Below the pieces are notes generated by a model. It worked only from the letters and a program-made list of their open reading frames with translations, ran no database searches and had not been told where the DNA came from. This document shows, in pieces, positions 17,352-25,232 of a DNA stretch of 27,159 nucleotides. The translations under genes were made by a program, and so were the position numbers. This DNA is from Candidatus Fervidifonticultor quintus (GTDB taxonomy: Bacteria > Sysuimicrobiota > Sysuimicrobiia > Sysuimicrobiales > Humicultoraceae), in NCBI GenBank assembly GCA_031459535.1, contig JAVKIJ010000040.1:1-27159 (forward strand), given 5' to 3'. Position 1 is the first letter of the stretch; the number at the start of each line of letters is the position of its first letter.

Positions 17352-18617
17352 CTACCGCTTGTCCCAGGGTGGCGTCGGGTACTTCGGCGCCTTCACCCGC
17401 AGTTTGCCGGGGCCCACCTCCACGGTCACGCCCCCCTGGTACTGGAGCGCGATGGGCTGGAGGCCCGCATTGTCATGATAGAAGTCCCCGGAGGTCGCGA
17501 ACTTGATCGGGCCGTAGAAGGTCATCAGGTTGAGCTGCTCCAGGGCTGTGATGAGCGCATCCTTCTGGGCCTGGCTGAGGGGCGCCGTGGCCCCAATGGC
17601 CCGCAGGGCCTCCTGGAAGGCAATGCCGGCAGCCGTGCTGGCCGCCTCGGTGTAGTCGGGCTCGGTCCCAAACCGGGCCCGGAACACGTCGGCGTACTCC
17701 TTCGGGCTCTTGAAGAGAACCTTGCCCGCATGCTTCAGGCTGGGGGTCCACACCGACGTGCCGAAGACGTACTCGGCGTCCTTGCCCAGGCCCTTGCGAA
17801 AGTCCGGCGTGGTCATGCCATAGTGCTGCACGAAGGCCTTGGGATTGAACTTGAGCTCCTTGGCCGCCTTGATCATCTCCATGGCCGCCTTCTCATGGGA
17901 TCCCATGGCGAAGATGTCGGGACCCAGGGCCTTGGCCGCGCTCACCGCCGGCGTGTAGTCACTGCCCTCGGGGACGATGTCGAACTTGAGAACCTTGATT
18001 CCGAACTTCTCGGCGGCCGTTCGAAACGCCTCGGCCGCGAACTTCGAGAACGCGTCGTCGATGCCCAAAATGACCATGGTCCTGGGCTTGGGTGTCACGT
18101 CCTGGGCCAGGGTCTGGATCGATGCCTGCGCGATGATGGTCACCGTGGGAATCGTCCCGAAGGTGTACTTGAACTTCCTCTTCCAGATCAGCGGGGATTC
18201 CGCCGACCCGGTGATGTGCGGCACCCTGTACTTCTCCGTGATGGGGGCCAGGGCCAGCGTGGTACCGCTGGCGTACGGCCCGAGGATGAAGTCCACCTTC
18301 TCCTGGGTGATGAGCCGCTCCCCCGCCACAGCCGCCGTGGCCGGGGTGCTCTGATCATCGGCGTAGATGAGCCTGACGGTGTACTTCTTACCGCCGATCT
18401 CGATCCCGCCCTGCTTGTTGACGGTCTCCGCCCACAGGTCGTAGCCTCGCTTGGTGACGCTCCCGCCGAAGGCGAGCTCACCCGACAGCGAGGTGACCAC
18501 ACCCACCTTGAACTCCGCCGCCTGCTGGGCGGCTGCCAGTCCCGTCCCCCAGCCGATCGCCACGAGCGCGACCAGCCCGGCAAGCCAGCCCACCGTACCC
18601 CACCGTGTCCGACTCAT
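17352..18617 (-). CDS. ABC transporter substrate-binding protein (LivJ/K-like, type 1 periplasmic fold)
   Basis: Start at ATG 18617 after AGGGAGGGGA; Sec-type signal (MSRTRW...LAAAQQ); KVGVVTSLSG, VNKQGG, YADDQS, VDFILGPYAS, TFYGPIKF. Confidence 0.9.
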   Translation of the reverse strand: MSRTRWGTVGWLAGLVALVAIGWGTGLAAAQQAAEFKVGVVTSLSGELAFGGSVTKRGYDLWAETVNKQGGIEIGGKKYTVRLIYADDQSTPATAAVAGERLITQEKVDFILGPYASGTTLALAPITEKYRVPHITGSAESPLIWKRKFKYTFGTIPTVTIIAQASIQTLAQDVTPKPRTMVILGIDDAFSKFAAEAFRTAAEKFGIKVLKFDIVPEGSDYTPAVSAAKALGPDIFAMGSHEKAAMEMIKAAKELKFNPKAFVQHYGMTTPDFRKGLGKDAEYVFGTSVWTPSLKHAGKVLFKSPKEYADVFRARFGTEPDYTEAASTAAGIAFQEALRAIGATAPLSQAQKDALITALEQLNLMTFYGPIKFATSGDFYHDNAGLQPIALQYQGGVTVEVGPGKLRVKAPKYPTPPWDKR

Positions 18618-18667
18618 GGCTCCCCTCCCTGCCATCCTGATGTCCTGCCCGTCGTCCCGGCGCGTGC

Positions 18668-18831
18668 GGGCCGCTGTCACCTCCTCACGTGTCAGGTGTG
18701 CTCGGGGGTTCTGCTCGACGCTGAGGCCTCCGGACGCCATAGAGGTTCGGTGTTGGAGTCTGGTCGGGTAAAGTGGACGACTCGCTCCACGGGACAGAGC
18801 CCCCGACGGTTGGCCAAGATGAGAGCCGCCC
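18668..18831. ncRNA. Candidate structured non-coding element of unknown family
   Basis: Nested complementary segments 18668-18683/18816-18831, 18702-18713/18795-18806, 18714-18730/18742-18758 and 18773-18777/18786-18790 within a 302-bp intergenic gap; strand unresolved. Confidence 0.45.
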
Positions 18832-18919
18832 TTGCTGCTGTCTACGCCGCGCCCTTCTTGGATTCCTTGCGCAGCCCCACGCGGCGGCCAGATTGACACG
18901 CCAGCGCGTTGCTCGCCCG

Positions 18920-19726
18920 TCACGATGCCCACAACCCGGGCAGCGTCCAGGCGTCGGCGCCATCCACGGAGGCTCGCACCAGACCGGCCCGCACGACGGC
19001 GGCTCCCACGAGGCGAGGCGTCCATGCGAACGTGGCCTGGATCTCGGGGGAAGGGGCTGCGCCGACAATGCGGATGTACCGGTCCACCACCCGTGCCGCG
19101 GCGTCCTCGCTGGTCAGCCGTGCCGCGGCGGCGACCACTTCCGGCATCCACCGGTGAAAGGCGTCCCAGACGAAGCCGTTGCGCCACTCGGCTTCCTCGG
19201 CCACCTTGGCGAGGAGGAAGCGCGCCTGCAGGTCGTCCAGCGCCCGGTGAAACCCGTCCCCGCTCTCCCCGCGCTGCACGTACAGCCGGCGCAACGCCCG
19301 GGTCGAGATCGGCCCGGAGGCGAGGACGTGCTCGTAGATGGCCCTGGCCAGCATGCTCAGGCGGCCTTCGCGAAAGGCCTGCAAGTAGTCGTCGGGTTCC
19401 CCGACGTTACCAGAGAGGGCATAGAACGCCGGCAGTGTCTTCAGGCAGACGTAGGATGGCTTGCGGCGGATGACCTTCCCGTAGTAGGCGCGCCTCTGCG
19501 TGACCAGATCGTCCTTCCACTGCCACGCCCAGGTCCACATGCGGTCGATGCTGCGCGTGGCCAGGACATCGAAGAGCCCGGGCAACCCGCCCGGACCGCC
19601 GGTGAAGGCGAAGCAGAAGCCGATCGCGTCGATGAACCTCAGCGCGCCCCGCGCGGTGCGCACCCGGTGGCGGCGCAGGAGGCGCCGGCGGTGACGGGCC
19701 ACGGCAGCAGGCGTCAGGGTCAGCAT
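18920..19726 (-). CDS. AlkZ/YcaQ-related winged-helix protein (putative DNA repair protein)
   Basis: ATG 19726 after GAAGGAGG; ALRFIDAIGF, WAWQWKDDL, YYGKVIRRKPSYV, IYEHVLASGPISTRALR (wHTH-like), FHRALDDLQ. Family recognised from memory only. Confidence 0.6.
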   Translation of the reverse strand: MLTLTPAAVARHRRRLLRRHRVRTARGALRFIDAIGFCFAFTGGPGGLPGLFDVLATRSIDRMWTWAWQWKDDLVTQRRAYYGKVIRRKPSYVCLKTLPAFYALSGNVGEPDDYLQAFREGRLSMLARAIYEHVLASGPISTRALRRLYVQRGESGDGFHRALDDLQARFLLAKVAEEAEWRNGFVWDAFHRWMPEVVAAAARLTSEDAAARVVDRYIRIVGAAPSPEIQATFAWTPRLVGAAVVRAGLVRASVDGADAWTLPGLWAS

Positions 19727-19831
19727 CCTCCTTCGAGATACGAGGCCACGCCGCTGACATCCTGGATGGCGACGGGGTGCCGCCCGGGGGCCGGGAGGGG
19801 AGGGGGAGGGGCAAGACGAAGGAACTGTAGC

Positions 19832-19863
19832 TCTCCCGCCTGCCGCGCCCGGCAGGCGGGAGA
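19832..19863 (+). repeat. Perfect 14-bp hairpin upstream of the M16 cluster
   Basis: TCTCCCGCCTGCCG-CGCC-CGGCAGGCGGGAGA, ending 19 nt before ATG 19883. Confidence 0.7.
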
Positions 19864-19882
19864 CTGTGTGAGGGGTCAGTCC

Positions 19883-21181
19883 ATGCGCGATGTGTACGAG
19901 ACCGCCCTCCCCAACGGCCTGGGCGTGATCATACAGGAGGATCACGCGGCACCGGTCGCCACGTTCTGGGTGTGGTACCGGGTCGGCAGCCGCAACGAGC
20001 CGCCGGGTTGCACCGGTATCTCCCATTGGGTGGAGCATCTGCTGTTCAAGGGTACACCGTCCCATCCCGCGGGCACCCTGACCCGGCTCATTGACCGGCT
20101 CGGCGGGCGGTGGAACGCGTTCACGTGGAAGGACTACACGGCCTACTTCGAGGTGCTACCGGCCCCCCATATCGAGACCGCCGTGCGCCTGGAGGCTGAC
20201 CGCATGCAGCACACGATCTTCGATCCCGAGGTGGTGGCCAGGGAACGCACGGTCATCATCTCGGAGCGCGAGGGTGCCGAGAACTTTCCGGCTTACTCTC
20301 TGCGCGAGGAAGTGGACGCGCTGGCCTTCAAGGCGCACCCCTATCGCCACCCGGTCATCGGCTGGAAGGACGATCTGCTGGCCATCACGCCGGAGGACCT
20401 GCACCGGCACTACCGCACGTACTATCGTCCGTCAAACGCCACCGTGGTGGCCGTGGGAGACTTTCGCACCGACGACATGGTCGCCATGATCGAGCGTGCC
20501 TTCGGCCCTGCCCCGGCCGGCCCGCCGGTCCCACCGGTGCGCCCCGTCGAGCCGGAGCAGGGCGGCGAGCGCCGCGTGGTGCTCCGGCAACCCGGCGGCG
20601 CCACCGCGTACCTCCACATGGCGTTTCACGTGCCGGCGGTCGACCACCCGGACATCCCGGCGCTGCTGGTCCTGGACGGGGTCCTATCGGGATTCGCGGG
20701 CCTCGTCCCGTTTGACGGAGGCGCCGGAGGGCGTAGCAGCAGGCTCTACCGGGCGCTGGTCGAGGCCGGCCTGGCGACCGACGTGGGTTCGGGTCTGGCA
20801 CTCAGCATTGACCCCACGCTCTTCCGGGTCACGGCGACCGTGCGCAGCGGTGTCGACGTCAGGGTCGTGGAGGACGCCGTCCTCGGGGGACTGGCGCGCC
20901 TGCAGGAGGAGCCCGTGGGCGAGGCCGAGCTGGCGAAGGTCCGCCGGCAGGCCGAGGCCCAGTTTGTCTACCTGCGGGACGGGGTGTCCCGCCGCGCGAT
21001 GGCGCTCGGCGCGTTTGCCATAGTGGCTACTCCGCGGCGCCTGTTCCAGTTGCGCGACGCGGTGCAGCGGGTCACCGCAGGGGACGTCATGCGGGTCGCC
21101 GGGACCTATCTGATCGAGAAGCGGCGGACCGTCGGGTGGTTCCTGCCCGAGGGTGCCCCGGCCCGGCAGGTGGCGGCATGA
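19883..21181 (+). CDS. M16 (pitrilysin) family zinc peptidase, catalytic subunit
   Basis: LPNGL, WYRVGSRNE, GISHWVEHLLFKGT (HxxEH), NAFT..DYTAY, LEADRM, ERTVIISER, HPYRHPVIGW, SSRLYRALV. Start at ATG 19883, not the ORF-track start 18773. Confidence 0.92.
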   Translation: MRDVYETALPNGLGVIIQEDHAAPVATFWVWYRVGSRNEPPGCTGISHWVEHLLFKGTPSHPAGTLTRLIDRLGGRWNAFTWKDYTAYFEVLPAPHIETAVRLEADRMQHTIFDPEVVARERTVIISEREGAENFPAYSLREEVDALAFKAHPYRHPVIGWKDDLLAITPEDLHRHYRTYYRPSNATVVAVGDFRTDDMVAMIERAFGPAPAGPPVPPVRPVEPEQGGERRVVLRQPGGATAYLHMAFHVPAVDHPDIPALLVLDGVLSGFAGLVPFDGGAGGRSSRLYRALVEAGLATDVGSGLALSIDPTLFRVTATVRSGVDVRVVEDAVLGGLARLQEEPVGEAELAKVRRQAEAQFVYLRDGVSRRAMALGAFAIVATPRRLFQLRDAVQRVTAGDVMRVAGTYLIEKRRTVGWFLPEGAPARQVAA

Positions 21182-22446
21182 CCCCTCCGGTGGTGGCCGC
21201 GGATGTACGGCGCACGGTGCTGCCCAATGGCATGGTCTGCCTGGTGAAGCCGGCGCCGGCCACCGGCGCCGCGGCCGTGCACGGCTACGTGAGGGCCGGC
21301 TCGATGTTCGACGCCGACCTCTCGGGCCTGGCGCGGTTTGTGGGCAGCATGCTGCTCTGGGGCACGCAGCGACGCACCGGCCCCCAGATCGCCGAGCAGC
21401 TGGATGCGATCGGCGCGAGCCTGTCGGTGGCGAGCGGGATCGAGGTCACGGCTGTGGCGGGTCGTTCGCTGGCAGACGACCTGCCGGTGCTGCTCGGCAT
21501 CGCGGCCGAGGTGCTCATGGAGCCGGCGTTTCCGGCGGATCACGTGGAGAAGGTGCGTGGCGAACTGCTGACGACCATCAAAGTTAACGCGGTGGACACG
21601 CGCCAGGCCGCGGAGCGCGCGTTCCGGAGGCTGGCGTACCCGGCCGGCCATCCCCACAGCCGGAGTCCGGACGGCGAGGAGGCGGTGGTGGCGTCGCTGC
21701 GGACGGAGGCGCTCCGGGCGTTCCACGCCGAGCACTACCGGCCCGGCGCGACCATCCTGGCTGTCGTCGGTGATGTGGACCCGGCGCGGGCGACAGACCT
21801 GGTCGCCTCGGCGTTCGGTTCCTGGGCCCCGAGGGGGGCCTGGGTGCTGCCGTCCTTTCCGGGACCATCCCCATCCGGCGGCCGGAGGGAAGAACACCTC
21901 GCCGTCCCCGGCAAGAGCCAGTGTGACCTGGTGCTTGGGATTCCGGGCGTCACCCGTTCCGATCCGGCCTACTACGCGGTCATGATGGCCAACCTCTTTC
22001 TCGGGCAACTGGGCATGATGGGCCGCATCGGCCAGAATGTCAGGGAGAAGCAGGGCATGGCGTACTATGCCTTCAGTGAACTGCGCGCTGGATTGCTCCC
22101 CGGCCCCTGGTGGGTGCGTGCCGGGGTGAACCCGGCCAACCTCGAGCGCGCGCTGGCGGCGATTGTCCACGAGATCGGGGAGCTGCAGGCCGACGGCCCG
22201 GCCCCTGACGAGCTCGCCGATGCCCGGACATACCTGGTGGGCTCGCTGGCTGTGCGGCTCGAGACCGCTGGCGGTGTGGCGCAGATGCTGGCCGACATGG
22301 AGCTGTTCGGGTTGGGGCTGGACTACCTCGAACGCTATCCGGCCATCATCCACGGCATCAGCCGCGACGCCATCGTCGAGGCGATCCGGCGGTTCCCCGC
22401 CGACGCGTGCACACTGGCCGTGGCTGGACCGGAGCGGACGGCGTGA
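21178..22446 (+). CDS. M16 family peptidase, non-catalytic partner subunit
   Basis: LPNGM, GLARFVGSMLLWGT (HxxEH lost), VREKQGMAYY (R/Y motif); ATGA coupling to the upstream gene. Confidence 0.9.
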   Translation: MTPPVVAADVRRTVLPNGMVCLVKPAPATGAAAVHGYVRAGSMFDADLSGLARFVGSMLLWGTQRRTGPQIAEQLDAIGASLSVASGIEVTAVAGRSLADDLPVLLGIAAEVLMEPAFPADHVEKVRGELLTTIKVNAVDTRQAAERAFRRLAYPAGHPHSRSPDGEEAVVASLRTEALRAFHAEHYRPGATILAVVGDVDPARATDLVASAFGSWAPRGAWVLPSFPGPSPSGGRREEHLAVPGKSQCDLVLGIPGVTRSDPAYYAVMMANLFLGQLGMMGRIGQNVREKQGMAYYAFSELRAGLLPGPWWVRAGVNPANLERALAAIVHEIGELQADGPAPDELADARTYLVGSLAVRLETAGGVAQMLADMELFGLGLDYLERYPAIIHGISRDAIVEAIRRFPADACTLAVAGPERTA

Positions 22447-23114
22447 CGGACCCCCGGGCCCAGCTGGCCCGTATTGCGATCCTGGGCGGCACGGGTGATC
22501 TCGGGCACGGGCTCGCGGTGCGCTTCTGCGCCGCCGGGCACGAAGTGATCGTCGGCTCCCGCAGTCCCGAGCGCGGGGCCGAGATCGCCGGGCGGTTGGG
22601 GCTTCGCAACGCGCGCGGCGCCGGCAACGCCGCCGCCGCCCGCGAGGGCGACATCGTCATCGTGGCCTGTCCCTCCGAAGGGCATGCCGCCCTCGTCGGA
22701 GCCCTGGCGGCCGAGTTGCAGGGCAAAATCGTGGTGGACGCCACCGTGCCCATCGGATCAGGGCTAACGTACGCCCCGCCAGCGGCGGGCTCCGCCGCGG
22801 CCGAAACCCAGGCCCTGGCGCCGGGCGCGCGGGTGGTGGCCGCGTTCCACACCCTGTCGGCGCGGCTGCTGGCCGACCTTGGCCGGCCGCTGGACCAGGA
22901 CGTCCTGGTCTGTGGGGACGACGACGCGGCCAAGATCCGCGTGATGGATCTGATTGACTCCATTGGCGCCAGGGGCGTGGACGCCGGCGGCCTGGCCGCT
23001 GCGGCGACGGTCGAGGCGCTGGCGGTGCTGATCATCGGGTTGAACGTCCGGTACAGGCGCCGACACCTCGGCATCAGGATCGCCCACCTGCCGCCGCACG
23101 CGCGACCCCGATGA
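22443..23114 (+). CDS. npdG: NADPH-dependent F420 reductase (F420H2:NADP+ oxidoreductase)
   Basis: IAILGGTGDLGHGLA, VGSRSPER, IVVDATVP, GSAAAE, VVAAFHTLSA, DVLVCGDD, VEAL..LIIGLN.RY; GTGA coupling. Confidence 0.85.
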   Translation: MTDPRAQLARIAILGGTGDLGHGLAVRFCAAGHEVIVGSRSPERGAEIAGRLGLRNARGAGNAAAAREGDIVIVACPSEGHAALVGALAAELQGKIVVDATVPIGSGLTYAPPAAGSAAAETQALAPGARVVAAFHTLSARLLADLGRPLDQDVLVCGDDDAAKIRVMDLIDSIGARGVDAGGLAAAATVEALAVLIIGLNVRYRRRHLGIRIAHLPPHARPR

Positions 23115-23866
23115 AGACGCTGCTGGCCTGGGCCCCAGAGCCCTTTCCGGAGATCCACCCCGGCGACGACCTGATCGGCGCCATCGCCACCGCGCTGCGG
23201 GACGCCGGGCTGATCCCGCAGCCAAACGATGTGGTGGTGGTCGCGCACAAGGTGGTATCCAAAGCGGAGGGAAGTGTCGTGGACGTGCGCACCGTGACGC
23301 CCAGCGCCCGCGCGGTGGAGCTGGCCGAGGCGACGCACAAGGACCCGCGCCTGGTCGAGGTCATCCTGCGCGAGTCCAGGGACTTACGCCGCGTGCGCCC
23401 GGGGCTCATCATCGCCGAACACCGGCTGGGGTTCGTGTGCGCCAACGCAGGCGTAGACCATTCCAACGTGGGGCTGGGTGACGATGTGGTGGTGACGCTG
23501 CCCCGTGACCCGGACGCGTCAGCCGCCCGCCTGCGGGACGGGCTGATGGCAGCGTTCGGCGTCGAGCTCGGCGTCATCGTCAACGACAGTCACGGCCGGC
23601 CGTTCCGTCAGGGCACCACGGGTGCGGCGATCGGCGCGGCAGGGGTGCGCGTGCTGCGGTCCTACGTCGGCGAGGCCGACCGCTACGGGTATGTGCTCCG
23701 CGTCTCGGTGGAGGCCATCGCCGACGAGATGGCGGCGCTGGCCAACCTGCTCCAGGGCCAGGCGGCCGAGGGCCGGCCGGTGGTCCTCATCCGCGGCGCC
23801 GAGCACCCGGGTGCCGGCTGCGCCGCTGATCTGGTAAGACCGCAAGAGGAGGACCTGTTCCGGTAG
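23111..23866 (+). CDS. cofE: Coenzyme F420-0:L-glutamate ligase
   Basis: PEIHPGDDL, DVVVVAHKVVSKAEG, CANAGVDHSN, LPRDPDASA, NDSHGRPFRQG, ADEMAALANL, DLFR terminus; ATGA coupling to npdG. Confidence 0.9.
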   Translation: MKTLLAWAPEPFPEIHPGDDLIGAIATALRDAGLIPQPNDVVVVAHKVVSKAEGSVVDVRTVTPSARAVELAEATHKDPRLVEVILRESRDLRRVRPGLIIAEHRLGFVCANAGVDHSNVGLGDDVVVTLPRDPDASAARLRDGLMAAFGVELGVIVNDSHGRPFRQGTTGAAIGAAGVRVLRSYVGEADRYGYVLRVSVEAIADEMAALANLLQGQAAEGRPVVLIRGAEHPGAGCAADLVRPQEEDLFR

Positions 23867-23894
23867 TCCACACCGACGTACAGCGAGGGTCGTC

Positions 23895-25208
23895 ATGATC
23901 GTCATCGCCACAGGCATCTCCGGGACCGGCAAGCTGCGCGACGCCGGGGGCCGGCCAGGGTACCTGACCCGCCTGATTGAGGAAGGCAGCCAGCGCATCG
24001 CCGAAGCGCTCCGCGCGGGCCGGTGGACGTCGCCGATCCGGCGCCTCCGGACCATTGACATGGGCCAGCTCATGCTCGATCGCGCCCGCGACTTGGGCAT
24101 GGACGTGCGCACGGAGACCATTCTGGACATGTCGCCCGAGGCGCTCCAGGAACTGCGCGCCATCGCCTTCACCGAGGTCGTCAACGACAGCGCGCTGTGG
24201 GAGCCCGACCTGTGCACGATCCTGGTGACCCACGCCTGCTTCTGGTGGAAGAGCCACCTGATCCCGGGGCTCGACACCTACTATCTGAAGCTGCTCTTCG
24301 ACGAGACGCGGCGGCGCATGCCGGAGCCGGACGACCGGGTCGTGCAGGAGACGCTACCGGGCCTCCGCCTGGCGCCGGCGGTGCGGCCTGAAGGTATCTT
24401 CTACGTGACGATCATCGACGCCGTCTACCAGATTCACCGGCGCCTGAGCGAAACCGAGCAGTGGCGCGGCCGGCTGGACAGCGACGAGATCATCGCGTGG
24501 CAAGAGCAGGAAGTGTTCCTGTCCAAGATGTTCGCGGCCTACGAGCGCGTGCCTCACTACCTCATCGCGCACGACGAGCCGCCGCAGACCCTCTTCGACC
24601 TCATCTGCTTTAAAAGGCCCCGGATCTACCTAGGCTATCCCATCACGAACCTGCGCCGTGAGGGCCGCGCGGAGCTCATCGAGATGGCGCGGGAGTTCGG
24701 CAGACGGCTGCGGGAGCACTTCGTGGTGTTCGACCCGCTCTCGGTCAAGGACGAGGAGGCCGCCGCCTTCGCCAGGAGCGGCGAGCTCGAGTTCCAGCAG
24801 CAGTTTTCCGAGGAGCAGCGCCGTGAGATCGAGCAGTGGGCCGGGTCTCTGGATCGCCTGCAGGAGTGGGCGGCAGGCCTAGACGAGCGCACCCGCCTCC
24901 ACCTGGGTCGGGCCACGGTGGTGCGCGACCTGAGGCTCATCGACCAGTCCGACATGAACGTGGTCTTCTATCCGACCAGCCAGATGTCGTTCGGCGTGCT
25001 CTCTGAGATGATCCACGCGCATACCACCGGGAAGAAGGTCTACGTGATCTATCCGTTCAAGAGCATCTCGCCGTTCCTCGACTACTATGCTACCGGGGTG
25101 AAGAGGCCCGGCCCAGGCGACCCGGATCCCCAGTCGCCTCAGGAGATCGCCGCCTTCATGGACCGCGCGGGCCGGGCCTTGATTGACGAACTGGCCGTGT
25201 CGGCCTGA
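23895..25208 (+). CDS. Hypothetical two-domain protein: archaeal adenylate-kinase-like P-loop domain plus nucleoside 2'-deoxyribosyltransferase/NMP N-glycosidase-like domain
   Basis: 437-aa ORF with typical coding composition. N-terminal half has ATGISGTGK, DMGQLM, ILVTHA and IPGL; C-terminal half has RIYLGYP, RDLRLIDQSD, SFGVLSE and GKKVYV. Confidence 0.62.
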   Translation: MIVIATGISGTGKLRDAGGRPGYLTRLIEEGSQRIAEALRAGRWTSPIRRLRTIDMGQLMLDRARDLGMDVRTETILDMSPEALQELRAIAFTEVVNDSALWEPDLCTILVTHACFWWKSHLIPGLDTYYLKLLFDETRRRMPEPDDRVVQETLPGLRLAPAVRPEGIFYVTIIDAVYQIHRRLSETEQWRGRLDSDEIIAWQEQEVFLSKMFAAYERVPHYLIAHDEPPQTLFDLICFKRPRIYLGYPITNLRREGRAELIEMAREFGRRLREHFVVFDPLSVKDEEAAAFARSGELEFQQQFSEEQRREIEQWAGSLDRLQEWAAGLDERTRLHLGRATVVRDLRLIDQSDMNVVFYPTSQMSFGVLSEMIHAHTTGKKVYVIYPFKSISPFLDYYATGVKRPGPGDPDPQSPQEIAAFMDRAGRALIDELAVSA

Positions 25209-25232
25209 GAGCCGGCGGCCGGGCGGGCGGTT

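Noticed and set aside
18739-18806. Resemblance of the + strand (TAGAGGTTCGG...GTCTGGTCGGG...CACGGGACAGAGCCC) to the ykkC/guanidine-I riboswitch
   Set aside because: Key consensus positions differ and there is no downstream + strand gene to regulate; kept only as an unnamed structured element pending cmscan.
18668-18831. 6S RNA or SRP RNA identity for the structured element
   Set aside because: No SRP helix-8 motif with GNRA tetraloop is visible, and the forked end and small asymmetric bubble do not fit 6S well enough to call.
18893-18898. Perfect TTGACA -35 hexamer on the + strand
   Set aside because: No -10 element at 16-18 bp spacing, and it points into the 3' end of a minus-strand gene.
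17352-21181. Apparent giant ORFs 18773..21181 (802 aa) and 17352..19187 (611 aa); likewise 8449..10095 (548 aa)
   Set aside because: The N-terminal extensions are low-complexity read-through overlapping other genes; family motifs begin only at internal starts (19883, 18617, 9238). They are not real fusions.
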